Assembly (NCBI GenBank): GCA_951406725.2
Contig: OX597828.1
Location: 30,690,001-30,754,000 of the forward strand
Direction: 5' to 3'
Source of the DNA: Octopus vulgaris
Taxonomy: Eukaryota
DNA: 64,000 bases
In this document: one piece after another, positions 27,420 through 41,329 of the stretch
How positions within the stretch are numbered: the stretch's first letter is position 1
Layout of the letters: each line of letters starts with the position of its first letter
The notes under the pieces: generated by a model
Told to the model about the DNA's origin: nothing
The model's input: only the letters and a program-made list of their open reading frames with translations
The model's database searches: none
Made by a program: the position numbers and the translations under genes

Positions 27420-27764
27420 AAAGGGTAAAGACCCCCTTCGGTCATGTGTGACCATGGGTTTGCACCTAGAGAGTTACCCTCTGAGGCACAAGTCTGGGCA
27501 AGGTTGTTTTTATGGAAGACCAGCAGTCGCCCATGCATACCGGCCTCCCCTCTCCACGCCACCAGTTTTATCCAAGGGAAAGACAAGGGTCGATACAGCT
27601 TGGCACCAGTGACGTCGCAACTCATTTCTACAGCTGAGTGAACTGGAGCAACGTGAAATAAAGTGCTTTGCTCAAGAACACAACACGCAGCCCGGTCCGG
27701 GATTCGAACTCACAACCTCACGATCGTAAGCTAGACGCTCTAACCACTGAGCCATGCGCCTCCA
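27420..27764 (-). mobile_element. tRNA-derived SINE family C
   Basis: Minus-strand head tggctcagtggttagagcg..gagttcgaatccc (A/B boxes) then ttcttgagcaaagcactt core; partial copy at 41345-41600. Confidence 0.85.
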
Positions 27765-27770
27765 TACGTA

Positions 27771-27917
<147 letters not shown>

Positions 27918-28156
27918 CACACACACACACACACATATATATCATAGCAGTCATTCAACAATCATTCAAAAGAGGAATTATTTGGTCGCAATTTCGCGCA
28001 TGGCGTATTGAATAAACTGCACATTCTTTTAAAAATATATATTCAAATATTACTTAAAGTTACATTCAAAAATATGCACGAGTGATTAAAAATTACTTAT
28101 AATACCCTAAGATGTTCTTTATTTATTTATGGATTTTCATTTATATTGTATTTCAG

Positions 28157-28195
28157 TGCAAGCGGCGCATTTGCTGGTTTCTTAGTAAATATTGC
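28157..28195 (+). CDS. Exon 8 (39 nt, ASGAFAGFLVNIA)
   Basis: ttgtatttcAG / GTAAGT, phase 2-2. Confidence 0.8.
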
Positions 28196-28637
28196 GTAAG
28201 TATATTTAGAAATTTCATATATATCTATTTCATATAGTTTCCCTGCGTCCAGGTGAGTGAACAGGTCGCAGTCCCGGAGCGACGAAAATATTTTGAGAAA
28301 TTAAATTTAAATGTTGAAATGAATCTAACGGTTTTTGAGTGTTTCTTAAATGGCTTCCACGCTGCAATTGTTTTCGTTCCAGCACACAATCTCAGATCAG
28401 GTCACTTGCTATGCAAGTACATCTCCGTAATACTTAGAACGTCAGAAATTGTTTCGCCTTTTATTTCTCTTCCTTTGCACGCATACGTGTATACATATTT
28501 TGTATATCAACCGCAAGGTGTTAAATGTAATGATTCCTCTTATGTTCATTTCTTACTCTGCGGAATTGGCTACATCTAATTCTTAGTTGGATTCATTCGA
28601 GCATTACTAAACTGAGAATATCTTGTTCTCACCTGTT

Positions 28638-28709
<72 letters not shown>

Positions 28710-28870
28710 AGCAACAAGGATATCCAGGGGTAATTCAGTACGATCGTTTCATGCGACTCCATTTAATTGAACAATGTAATCATTTCATTACATCAATTTA
28801 AAATGTAGAGCCATCTTCAGCTGCACAAAGAAAAAGAACTTGTTTTGCCAACATCATCATTATAACTGAA

Positions 28871-29166
<296 letters not shown>

Positions 29167-30748
29167 GCTTATACATCAATATTTTTCAGGTCTGACGCGC
29201 TATCAGGTTTCCTGGGAATAGGAGGGTAAGTATTGGAAAACGAATTGTCCTAAATACTCGATTGGTGTAATATTCCATCACTTGTGCAAACACTTGATGA
29301 AGATTTGTGTTCCAGCGAGTTAGAAATTTAGGGAACTCTATATTATTAGGCACAGTGTTACTGCCAGAGCGCAACAATAGATTGATATCTACCTCTCCTA
29401 TTAAATCCAGTGAAACCACCTACGACAAAAGGTAGCCTTTCTTTAAACGTCTTTGTGGGACTCATCCTTATTCATCTTATACACAAATAATATTGTACGG
29501 ATTATGCTATATAAATATTTAACTCACAATTTAAACCTCAAATATTCTACAGAATCTATATTTATAATTAATGATATTATATCCTAGCGAACCTGCGTGC
29601 ATATCACAGGGTCCGAACATGGTATGTCCTTCCTCGTCAACTGGTAGCGTAACGAAATGAATTCAACTATGCTCTGCCCTGCAGGACATGTGTGATAGAA
29701 ATTCAACATGCAAAGTGTTCAACCGATCCATGTTTTCAAAACAGCATCCCTTTAAAAATATTCATGATGAACATCAATCTCCTTAAGATCACAGTTGCAC
29801 AGGTTTTCAAATGAAACAAACTACATCCAATCCATGAATGTTACGTCAATGTACCGCCTTCATGTGTATATGGATTATCACCTTAGCCGATAGAGTTTAC
29901 AATATTTCGAATAGTATCTAATCAACTTTCATTTAATGAGCTTCCCTTAGGAAATATATGCATTACATAAAATATCAATATGCTATATAAGTTCGGTTAT
30001 ATATACCCGCATAACGAGTATATATAATATTCAGTTCCAAATGTTATTGAAGAAACAACCCTAAGTGGAAGAAACAGATAATTGTGTGAGAAAGCTTCTA
30101 TTAAGATATCGAAGCTAAGAGCTTTTGAAATATGGATTATTCTATAAATTAACAACAAGAGTTCCTGTTTGAGAGAGTCTTCATACCCGCAGTTAAAATG
30201 TATAATTTGTATTAACAGAAAAGTATCCTGCAACAGTTTTGAATGTTGCAAATTATATAATTCATGTATTTTTACTTCCTTTATGAATTATGGTTACATA
30301 CAATTCTGTTGCACCTATATACACATCATTGTGATGAATATGCTTGTGGTTCCTCATTTGTCTGTGCGTCTCAACTAATATCAATGAAAAGGAACTAAAA
30401 TACATTTATCTGACGATGATGTGGCGTATAGTGTTATGATGCATGGCATACTAGCTTACTTTAATCAAACAGGTTTCTACATACACACACGCAAACAAAA
30501 ACACACTTATTTTCATATACATACACGTTAATCACTAATAATTTAATCCACTCTCAACTGACAAGACTTTTGGTCACCCGGGGACAAATATGCATAACAG
30601 AAACACCCGTTATTTCCATAATTATAGACATAAGTTTCATTTTCCTAGAGTTTCCCTTAACTTTAAAATGTCATCTTAATCAATGAATATCATGACAATG
30701 TACCATTTTCGTTAATATATTAACTGTCTCATTTTCCTTTACATTCAG

Positions 30749-30772
30749 CGATGATACCAGCAGCACAAATCA
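30749..30772 (+). CDS. Exon 9 (24-nt micro-exon, DDTSSTNQ)
   Basis: ttttcctttacattcAG / GTAAGT, phase 2-2. Confidence 0.75.
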
Positions 30773-31445
30773 GTAAGTATACAATATCAATCTCTGTTGA
30801 GTGTACGTGTCCTATCTCTACATTATGAGGACGTTTAATACCAAGGTTAGCCTGGTGGACATTGATATTTCTAGTAACATTTAAGGTCAATGATACAAAT
30901 TGTTTCCCTTATAAAAAAAACACATTATTAATTTGAAATGGTTATTACGTTAGCTTGTCTTAGAATATCACTAAATTAGATCAAAGTCGGGCGTAATCAA
31001 ACACGAACGGCAATACGCATTTGTGCCTGGGAAAAGGTATGCTCTTCCAAATTAATTACATTACTAATCTTTCCTACGATAGAGAACTTTATAGTAGCAA
31101 ATAAAATGTATAAATGACGTACTCCAAAACTTATTCAGCTACAGATTCTGACATAGCAGAGTATGTAAATTAATAAATTTTAGTTGTAATATTAATTGTT
31201 TTAACCTGGAAATGGAAAAGTGGGGTTTTTTTCCAGCTACGGAAGGAACATTTTAAATCGCGGTTCACAGTTATTATCTGTCTATCAACTAAGGTTAGGA
31301 AATAACAATGGCCATTCTACTTCCGATTTTGAAACTAGTACCACCTAGCGTAACAGAATTCGCCGGCAGTGAAATACAATTAAAAATTCTTTACTTTATG
31401 TAATTTTAAGACCAACTTTCCAGTTTATTCGATTTTCATATGAAT

Positions 31446-31605
31446 GCATGCATGTATTTATGTATGTACGTATGTATGTATGCATTATGTATGTATGTAT
31501 GTATGTATGTATGTATGTATGTATGTATGTATGTATGTATGTATGTATGTATGTATGTATGTATGTATGTATGTATGTATGTATGTATGTATGTATGTAT
31601 GTATG
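31446..31605. repeat. (TATG)n microsatellite
   Basis: Direct reading. Confidence 0.97.
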
Positions 31606-31759
31606 TGTGTGTGTACATATGTATGCAGGAAAGTACTAGTTCAATCAGAATTAACAGTTAATATTCTATCATTTTAATATGTTAAATGATTATACGATTT
31701 TAAATATAACCTGAAAAATCAGACAAATTTAGAAGTCCTTTGATTAACACACTCACGCG

Positions 31760-31828
<69 letters not shown>

Positions 31829-32329
31829 CATATAGATATTAATCAAAGGAATTCTAAATTTGTCTGATTTTCACGTTTTATTTAAAATCTTATAATAATA
31901 TAATATAATATAATATAATATAATGAAATGATAGAATATTAGATGTCCATTCTGATTGAACTAGTGATTTCATGCATTAAGCTATGCAATCTTCAGTTTC
32001 GTGTAGTAGTGATGACTGTTATGTTTTACAATTTACAACTGGTGAGATGACTAAAACGTGTGCCTTAAATACATTTGTATAGGCTCCAGAATGTAAATTT
32101 TTGCAAGCTGTATTCTAACCTGTGTGTGGCTTCACTAACTTACCTAAGTTGATTGGTGTTTTAGGCGTTACGGTTTGTTGAACATGTGAAGAGACCTGTA
32201 TTTTAGAAGGTTTAGAAATGTTGTAAAATTTCAATTATCGTCATCACTCATATCATCACCTTTATTATCATTGTCGTTGGCGCTGGTGGTGGTAGGAGTA
32301 GCTGTGTTAACTGAACTTTAAAAAATAAG

Positions 32330-32800
32330 ACTAGCTTAAGATGACCCGCTCTACGCGCGGGTTGTTACTTTCTGTTGCTTCCTTTCCGTTTCTTATCACC
32401 ACATTCTCCCTCTTTGTTTCTCTATCCTTTCTTATTTTCCCACTCTCTTACTCTTCCTTTCTCTCGGACTTTCCCTCGCTTTCTCTTACTCTTTATATTT
32501 CTCTATCTATCTCTCTGCCATTTATAAAAAAAAATAGATTTCCGCGTTTAAATTACAAAACCGCTTCCACTATACCTTGATGAAAATTTGATAGAAATTG
32601 GGAAAAAGGTCCCCGATCTAGACCACCAAGTATCCCCCAAAATCAATAAAATCCTAGTTTTCATATCGAAGCAACCACTGTAGTACCACAAAACGTCTCC
32701 CAATCAATTTCCAGCCTCAAGTTACCCCCTCCTGTAAATTTGAATCCTCTTCCAGCCCCATTTAGACTCCTTTTTACATAAAAATCTAATTTGTATCTAC
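32330..32800 (+). mobile_element. Copy of the second HINE-like family (5' part)
   Basis: ctagcttaagatgacccgctctacgcgcgggt and the following CT-rich tract match 5324-5520; 32731-32775 matches 5948-5992. Confidence 0.5.
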
Positions 32801-33505
32801 GTTCGCCTTCTTCATTTTATAGATAGGATTAGATGCCAGTCACCCCAATCTGGAGTGGCTTAGAGCACCCTTGAATCTTCTCACCATAGCAACCGCATCT
32901 TTGCAGATGGTGAGTTTTAACCAACTCAGTTCTCTGCCTCATCACTGCTATTAGTGAAGTATTCTAAAAGCCGTAACCTACGACAGAATTTTTGGATATC
33001 ATCCTTTATTTCTTGGTGGTTGACTGTTGCTCTGAATTATAGTACTTTTGGCAGAAGTTAAATTTCATCTTAGTCAAGATGACTTTTGAATAAATTAATT
33101 ATTTTCTGATCTATACATTCAGTTGTTTTGGATATGTTTCCTCTTGGGTTTTTTCTTTCTCCGGTCTATTTATCCTAACTTTAAAAAGTGGATTTTTTCT
33201 TTGATTATGACATATTTTCCTTTTGATATTTGCATGATGAACTTTGCGTTTTTGTTTTGGTATTTCACTCGGTTTCATTGCGTTTTCTATCATGTTTTTC
33301 GTATTTCTTTCTTTCTCTCCAGTTTCATCTCAGAGCTGCGGCCATGCAGTTTTATATATATAGGGAAAGTTTACGAAAAAAAAAATCAAAAGACGAAGAC
33401 AGGTGGTGTACAAAACAAACAGCTGTATTAGTATAGCGCTCAGGAATAGAAAAAGTCTTTTACGTTTCGAGCCAACGCTCTTCTACGAAAAGGTACACAG
33501 AAAAA

Positions 33506-33593
<88 letters not shown>

Positions 33594-33699
33594 GTAAAAA
33601 GTGATAAAACTACAGAAGGCTTGTTTTAAAAGGCTAAATATATATATATTTGAGTCAATATGCCTGAAGAATGTTATAAATTTTTTTCATACAATGACA

Positions 33700-34255
33700 T
33701 AGTTTAGAAGAAATGACCGGTTTCGCGTTCAGCTTTTCAAATTTCTTAAATCGTTATGTTTACGTTTCCGGTGTAAGGGAGATAATCGCTTAAAATTATT
33801 TGCCTTTCTTTTGGATTGAGTTTCTCTGTATAAGTATGTTGGAATGGTTAAGTTTGGGCTTGTATTTTTCAATGAAGAATGTTTCCTTGTTTAGTCTAAT
33901 TTGTGTTGGTGTTCCGATAGCACATTGATAGAATGGAAAGATTAAAAATTGTGGTAGTAGTTGCTTTGCGCATTTCTCAATGTGCTCACTAAAGGGTATC
34001 ATTCTGTATTCTGGGAATGCAATCTGTTGTCGATGCAGTGTGCATCTACGTCTGAGTGATAGTCCCGTGGATCCCACGTAGTCTTGGTGGCAGCCCGAGC
34101 ATTTTATGACATAAATTATGTTTTCAGAGGCACAAGTAACATTAGATTTGATCTTGAATTTCTGTCCCTCTTTGAAGAGGAATTCTGATCCTTCTAGGAG
34201 GTTTGGACATGTTGCACAGTTCGGTCTACCACATTCTTTTACTTTTGCATCCGTA
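33700..34255 (-). mobile_element. Penelope-like 3' fragment with open GIY-YIG endonuclease frame
   Basis: CGRPNCATC..TCASENIIYVIKCSGCHQDYVGSTGLSLRRRCTLH..HIEKC..RLNKETFFIEKYKPKLN; degenerate hammerhead at 33708-33747. Confidence 0.85.
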
Positions 34256-34523
34256 ATTTCATAAAATATTTCAGAAAACAATTTCAGAAACGCTTAATGC
34301 TACAATACTTGACAACTACCTTTTTCTGATCTTTAAAACTGGTATCATGTATGTTCATAATTAATATGTATGTCTCATTCCACGCAAATATGTGATTTTA
34401 TTTGTACTTATTTATATTCCGCATAATCCATACAGTTTTTCTCTAACAAAAATTTATAAAATTTACAGGATTTGCAATGTTTTTATCAGAGAAAATAACA
34501 GATGTATTTGTTTTCATTTCTAG

Positions 34524-34550
34524 GGTGAAAGATGCCAGAAGATGGAGGAA
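34524..34550 (+). CDS. Exon 10a (27-nt micro-exon, VKDARRWRN)
   Basis: ttttcatttctAG / GTAAGT, phase 2-2. Confidence 0.78.
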
Positions 34551-35270
34551 GTAAGTTTTTCTTTTGATATTGCTTATTAATTTGCTAACTCCATACTTCA
34601 ACTTTTATCTTGTGCCTGGTAGTTCACAATTACTAGTCCGCATGCACATGTATATATCCTTGTTCGAAAACACATGTACGCACGCCTATATTCTTTTATT
34701 CTTTTATTTGCCTGTCATTCGTCTACGGTCAGGCTGGAACGCCGCCTTGAAGGGTTTATAGTCAAAGGAATCCTACCTAGGATTTACTCTTCAAAATCCT
34801 TGTACTTATGTGATCGATGTATTATGCCGAACCGCTAGGTAACGGTGATGCAATCACGCCAACATCAGTTGACAAGCGATGTCGGATGTAGTAATGGTGG
34901 ACAAACACAGACACATTGTCACACACACAAATTTATACATAAACACATACATACATATATGTGTGTGTGGGGGGGAGGTCACTGTGTGTTAGCAGACACA
35001 TGCATGTATGTATGCATGTATGTATGTATGCATGTATGTATGTATGTATGTATGTATGTATAAAGGGTTGACTGACGGACAGAATCAAAAACTATTGAAA
35101 AGTTTGCAAGGCGTAACGAATATTTTAGAAAACAAATAAATGAGTGGAAAGGCACTAAAAGAGAATGACTCTTCCCAGACACAACGGAATGTATCATTTA
35201 GTTGAATGTTAAATCGAATGCTAAGATGAATGCTAAATGAATGCGAAACTATCAAGAAACAACTATTTGT

Positions 35271-35318
<48 letters not shown>

Positions 35319-35440
35319 CGTATGTAAATTTAAAATAATAAGGGTAAAAAATTGAATATTAATTTGATTAAAACCAGTGGTCTAGCATATTAAAATCTAT
35401 GTATGTAATATATATGTATGTATGTCCGCGTTTCTGTGGC

Positions 35441-35477
<37 letters not shown>

Positions 35478-36149
35478 TAAATTGGAGATAAAACCACTAT
35501 TAGGCATATCAAACAGTTAAAAACATAAACCAAAATATAAAAATAAAAAAAATTACTATAATATAATATAAAAAAATATATAAAATATAAAATGTAAAAC
35601 TTTTAATTATTTAAATTTAAAATTAAAATTATTAATTAATATTTATATTCATAAATTTTTATTTTTATTTATTTTTTTATTAAATATATAAAACTATCAA
35701 AACGAAAAAAAAAGTACATGATATAACATCGCATAATATGTCATTTACATGATCATGTATTACTTGTGTCATTTCCACATTAGTTTATATTTAAATGCAG
35801 TAAGATAAAAAAACAAACATTCTTAATTGTTTTGGAAGAGCTGTTTTTAGCTAAATTATTCTGTACTACATATTTTCTGTTCCTGACTCTCTGTGTGTGT
35901 GTATGTGTGTCTGTATACCTATCTGTCTGTCCCTCCCCCTCTCTCTGTCTCCTTCTCACACATATACACCCTTACATATGCTATTATATATAGACATTTT
36001 CAGTTAAAGTATCATAATTTTAACTTCAATATGACATCACGTATAAACTGCCTTATAAAGCGCAGTAATTCAAAATTATACATTCATATTAATTGTATTT
36101 GGTGCCAATAAAATGAATGGCAGTATTATTTCCAAACTTTCCATTTTAG

Positions 36150-36203
36150 TATGAAGAGCACAAACGAGAAGGTTACTGTTGTACTCCTAGGAGACCAACG
36201 TTT
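36150..36203 (+). CDS. Exon 11a (54 nt, MKSTNEKVTVVLLGDQR)
   Basis: tttccattttAG / GTAAGT, phase 2-2. Confidence 0.78.
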
Positions 36204-37144
36204 GTAAGTATACATCTATATCTTAATATAACTAATAAATATCAGTCACACCCCGTAGTATCTTTTACAGTTCAACGGTATTATATATAAGCTACAAATA
36301 GTAATGATGATTCAGCATTTGGAACTTGTATGAAACTTTTATACTTTAAAGTGCTCCGCATTTTCTTTTCTTCCTATATACAGAAAAAAAAACCTTTCAA
36401 ATTTATCTTGTGTTTTGAAAATCAAATTTAGCCTTAAACCATTGTCTGTAAATATTACGTTTAATGAATTCTACTGATGTAAAAGTTTCATCAAATTAAT
36501 CATATCCATAAACTGAGCATGAAACTGTAGGAACAGATTGCTCTCCAAATTCATACCATGTCCACTATCACATTTAAATTTGCTTGTCCGGTATTTTAAC
36601 ATGTAACACATTTGCCTATATTCTCGTTCCATTCACATATAAATTGCAGGTATTCGTAACTATATATTTTCTTCTATTTTCTTCCCAGTGTCTACTAAAT
36701 TCTGATGCTTCAAAGCAAAGCTGTCGTTACCCAACTGACATTCTCATAAACTGTTGCTTCCTTGTTGACAATGTATTTTCGCTAATCCCTTCTATATCAT
36801 TTAATGTTCTGTACTCATGTGCGAATTTCAACAGATTTGATTTATCGTATACTCATTTACTCTTTTACTTGTTTCAGTCATTTGACTGTGGCCGTGCTAG
36901 AGCAACGCCTTTAGTCTAGCAAATCGAACGAGGACTTATTCTTTTTAAGTCTAGTACTTATTCTATCATGTATGTTCATAATTAATATGCATGTCTCATT
37001 CCACGCAAATATGTGATTTTATTTGTACTTATTTATATTCCGCATAATCCATACAGTTTTTCTCTAACAAAAATTTATAAAATTTACAGGATTTGCAATG
37101 TGTTTATCAGAGAAAATAACAGATGTATTTGTTTTCATTTCTAG

Positions 37145-37171
37145 GGTGAAAGATGTCAGAAGATGGAGGAA
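37145..37171 (+). CDS. Exon 10b (duplicate, VKDVRRWRN)
   Basis: Copy of exon 10a with GCC>GTC (Ala>Val); splice sites intact. Confidence 0.7.
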
Positions 37172-37895
37172 GTAAGTTTTTCTTTTGATATTGCTTATTA
37201 ATTTGCTAACTCCATACTTCAACTTTTATCTTGTGCCTGGTAGTTCACAATTACTAGTCCGCATGCACATGTATATATCCTTGTTCGAAAACACATGTAC
37301 GCACGCCTATATTCTTTTATTCTTTTATTTGCCTGTCATTCGTCTACGGTCAGGCTGGAACGCCGCCTTGAAGGGTTTATAGTCAAAGGAATCCTACCTA
37401 GGATTTACTCTTCAAAATCCTTGTACTTATGTGATCGATGTCTTATGCCGAACCGCTAGGTAACGGTGATGCAATCACGCCAACATCAGTTGACAAGCGA
37501 TGTCGGATGTAGTAATGGTGGACAAACACAGACACATTGTCACACACACAAATTTATACATAAACACATACATACATATATGTGTGTGTGTGGGGGAGGT
37601 CACTGTGTGTTAGCAGACACATGCATGTATGTATGCATGTATGTATGTATGCATGTATGTATGTATGTATGTATGTATGTATGTATAAAGGGTTGACTGA
37701 CGGACAGAATCAAAAACTATTGAAAAGTTTGCAAGGCGTAACGAATATTTTAGAAAACAAATAAATGAGTGGAAAGGCACTAAAAGAGAATGACTCTTCC
37801 CAGACACAACGGAATGTATCATTTAGTTGAATGTTAAATCGAATGCTAAGATGAATGCTAAATGAATGCGAAACTATCAAGAAACAACTATTTGT

Positions 37896-37937
<42 letters not shown>

Positions 37938-38764
37938 CGTATGTAAATTTAAAATAATAAGGGTAAAAAATTGAATATTAATTTGATTAAAACCAGTGGT
38001 CTAGCATATTAAAATCTATGTATGTAATATATATGTATGTATGTCCGCGTTTCTGTGGCTGTACATATATATATATATATATATATATAAATTAAATTGG
38101 AGATAAAACCACTATTAGGCATATCAAACAGTTAAAAACATAAACCAAAATATAAAAATTAAAAAAATTACTATAATATAATATACAACATATATAAAAT
38201 ATAAAATGTAAAAATTTTAATTATTTAAATTTAAAATTAAAATTATTAATTAATATTTATATTCATAAATTTTTATTTTTATTTATTTTTTTTATTAAAT
38301 ATATAAAACTATCAAAACGTATAAAAAAGTACATGATATAACATCGCATAATATGTCATTTACATGATCATGTATTACTTGTGTCATTTCCACATTAGTT
38401 TATATTTAAATGCAGTAAGATAAAAAAACAAACATTCTTAATTGTTTTGGAAGAGCTGTTTTTAGCTAAATTATTCTGTACTACATATTTTCTGTTCCTG
38501 ACTCTGTGTGTGTGTGTATGTGTGTCTGTATACATATCTGTCTGTCCCTCCCCCTCTCTCTGTCTCCTTCTCACACATATACACACTTACATATGCTATT
38601 ATATATAGACATTTTCAGTTAAAGTATCATAATTTTAACTTCAATATGACATCACGTATAAACTGCCTTATAAAGCGCAGTAATTCAAAATTATACATTC
38701 ATATTAATTGTATTTGGTGCCAATAAAATGAATGGCAGTATTATTTCCAAACTTTCCATTTTAG

Positions 38765-38818
38765 TATGAAGAGCACAAACGAGAAGGTTACTGTTGTACT
38801 CCTAGGAGACCAACGTTT
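38765..38818 (+). CDS. Exon 11b (duplicate of 11a)
   Basis: Identical 54-nt exon with intact AG/GTAAGT. Confidence 0.7.
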
Positions 38819-39469
38819 GTAAGTATACATCTATATCTTAATATAACTAATAAATATCAGTCACACCCCGTAGTATCTTTTACAGTTCAACGGTATTATA
38901 TATAAGCTACAAATAGTAATGATGATTCAGCATTTGGAACTTGTATGAAACTTTTATACTTTAAAGTGCTCCGCATTTTCTTTTCTTCCTATATACAGAA
39001 AAAAAACCTTTCAAATTTATCTTGTGTTTTGAAAATCAAATTTAGCCTTAAACCATTGTCTGTAAATATTACGTTTAATGAATTCTACTGATGTAAAAGT
39101 TTCATCGAATTAATCATATCCATAAACTGAGCATGAAACTGTAGGAACAGATTGCTCTCCAAATTCATACCATGTCCACTATCACATTTAAATTTGCTTG
39201 TCCGGTATTTTAACATGTAACACATTTGCCTATATTCTCGTTCCATTCACATATAAATTGCAGGTATTCGTAACTATATATTTTCTTCTATTTTCTTCCC
39301 AGTGTCTACTAAATTCTGATGCTTCAAAGCAAAGCTGTCGTTACCCAACTGACAATCTCATAAACTGTTGCTTCCTTGTTGACAATGTATTTTCGCTAAT
39401 CCCTTCTATATCATTTAATGTTCTGTACTCATGTGCGAATTTCAACAGATTTGATTTATCGTATACTCA

Positions 39470-39812
39470 TTTACTCTTTTACTTGTTTCAGTCATTTGAC
39501 TGTGGCCGTGCTAGAGCAACGCCTTTAGTCTAGCAAATCGAACGAGGACTTATTCTTTTTAAGTCTAGTACTTATTCTATCAGTCTCTTTTGTTGAACCG
39601 CATCGGTTGTCGAGCGATGCTGGGGGACAAACACAGGCACACAAATATACACACACACAGACACTCATATATATATATATATATACATATATACAACAGG
39701 CTTCTTTCAGTTTCAGTCTACCAAGTCCACTCACAAGGCTTTGGTCGGTCCGAGTATATAGTAGAAGACACTTGCCCAAGGTGCCGCGCAGTGAGACTGA
39801 ATCTGGAACCAC
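39470..39812 (-). mobile_element. SINE family B
   Basis: Reverse-complement match to 20114-20586. Confidence 0.8.
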
Positions 39813-39889
39813 TCCTAGAATTTTGTAATAATTACATTTCTGTGAACAAGCAAAAATCACATTGGACACTGCAAAGTATAAAAGTTAAA

Positions 39890-40143
39890 TCGGCCTCGGA
39901 GGAATTTGAACTCAAAACGTAAAGACACAACAATTACCTATTTCTTTACTACCCACAAGAGACAAAAAACAAGGACAGACAACCGGATTAAGTTGATTAT
40001 ATCGACCCCAGTGCTTAACTGGTAATTAAATTATCGACGCCAAAAGGCAAAGTCGACCTCGGCAGAATTTGAACTCAGAGCGTAACGGCAGACGAAATAA
40101 GGTTAAGCATTTCGCCCGGCGTGCTAACGTTTCTGCCAGCTCG
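39890..40143 (-). mobile_element. SINE family A
   Basis: aagcatttcgcccggcgtgctaacgtttctgccagctcg head. Confidence 0.8.
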
Positions 40144-40499
40144 TAGACTCACATTAGCCTGCAAATTATAAAACGTTCTGAGAGCACTAGTGAAAATCAA
40201 TCATCAAATTTAGGAGAAAGAGACAAGAGTGATGAAATAATATGATATAAATAATATGATATTGTGTTCAATAGACACAGGAACTATACTTTAAAACCTG
40301 TGCTTAAAAAAATAAAATAAAACATAGAATATATGGAAAAGAATGAAACCGCACTAAATATTTTTAAAACGTTACATTACAATGAATGTTGTTTTATTTT
40401 GATGCTTATTGTTTATCCAAAGTTTTCATTCCTAAATCCTGGAATTTTTTCTCACGTGATTAAATGAAATATGTTATGTTCATTTCTTCTTGTTTCAAG

Positions 40500-40592
40500 T
40501 TTGAAGTCATTTAAGTCTGTGATTGAAGAATTCCGTGAACATGTGCTGCAATGTATAAGCAAACAAAAGAAATTGACCGATGTCGCGAGGAA
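40500..40592 (+). CDS. Exon 12 (93 nt, LKSFKSVIEEFREHVLQCISKQKKLTDVARK)
   Basis: tttcttcttgtttcaAG / GTGAGT, open phase 2-2, amphipathic-helix-like. Confidence 0.75.
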
Positions 40593-40954
40593 GTGAGTTT
40601 AAGTATTTATTTGATATTTTAATCATAACGCAAAAATAAATTGTTCCGTATAAACATAATCTAAAGCACAAATATCTAGATGGATTTATATATTTATAGT
40701 ATTTGCTAAAGAAATGCATCTATGTTAATCAAACTCTATGGAAGAAATGATGTATGTGCACACAGGCACACACACACACACACATATCCATGTCCATTTC
40801 CTCTCTCGTTATTTGCGTATGTCACGCATGTTTACGTATTTCCTGTTGATTACTGTTGGTGACGTCCTGTACCTCTATATACATACATACATACATATAT
40901 ACATACATACATACACACATACATAATTATATATATATATATACATATATATAT

Positions 40955-40992
<38 letters not shown>

Positions 40993-40998
<6 letters not shown>

Positions 40999-41195
40999 CG
41001 AGACGAAACCATATTTTAAAACCAAACAAGGAAAGACTTATCAATACATAAAATTTTAATTTAAATTAAATAAACGCACTACAAATGTTTCATGAAACAT
41101 TTGTAGTGGCTTTATTTAATTTATATTAAAATTTTATGTATTGATTAAGTCTTTCCTTGTTTGGTTTTAAAATAGTGGTTTTGTCTCGAATTATA
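40993..41195. repeat. Imperfect ~200-bp fold-back palindrome
   Basis: Centre tttca|tgaaa near 41092; arms ataattcgagac../..gtctcgaattat. Confidence 0.9.
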
Positions 41196-41281
41196 TTATA
41201 TAATATTTTACTATAAAATTGGATTTAACCCTAAATCTGATTTTTTCCTGTAATTTTGGATTCATTCCCTAATATTTATTA

Positions 41282-41329
<48 letters not shown>

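Larger units (their letters stand above)
34343..39582 (+). repeat. Near-identical tandem duplication, period 2621 bp (34343-36968 / 36964-39582)
   Basis: Two copies differing by scattered substitutions and microsatellite lengths; junction microhomology TATCA at 36964-36968. Confidence 0.95.

Noticed and set aside
27690-27764. tRNA-like sequence on the minus strand
   Set aside because: It continues into a SINE body with a second copy near 41345-41600, and the acceptor and anticodon stems pair poorly. It is a SINE head, not a tRNA gene; likewise the heads at 20114 and 20835.
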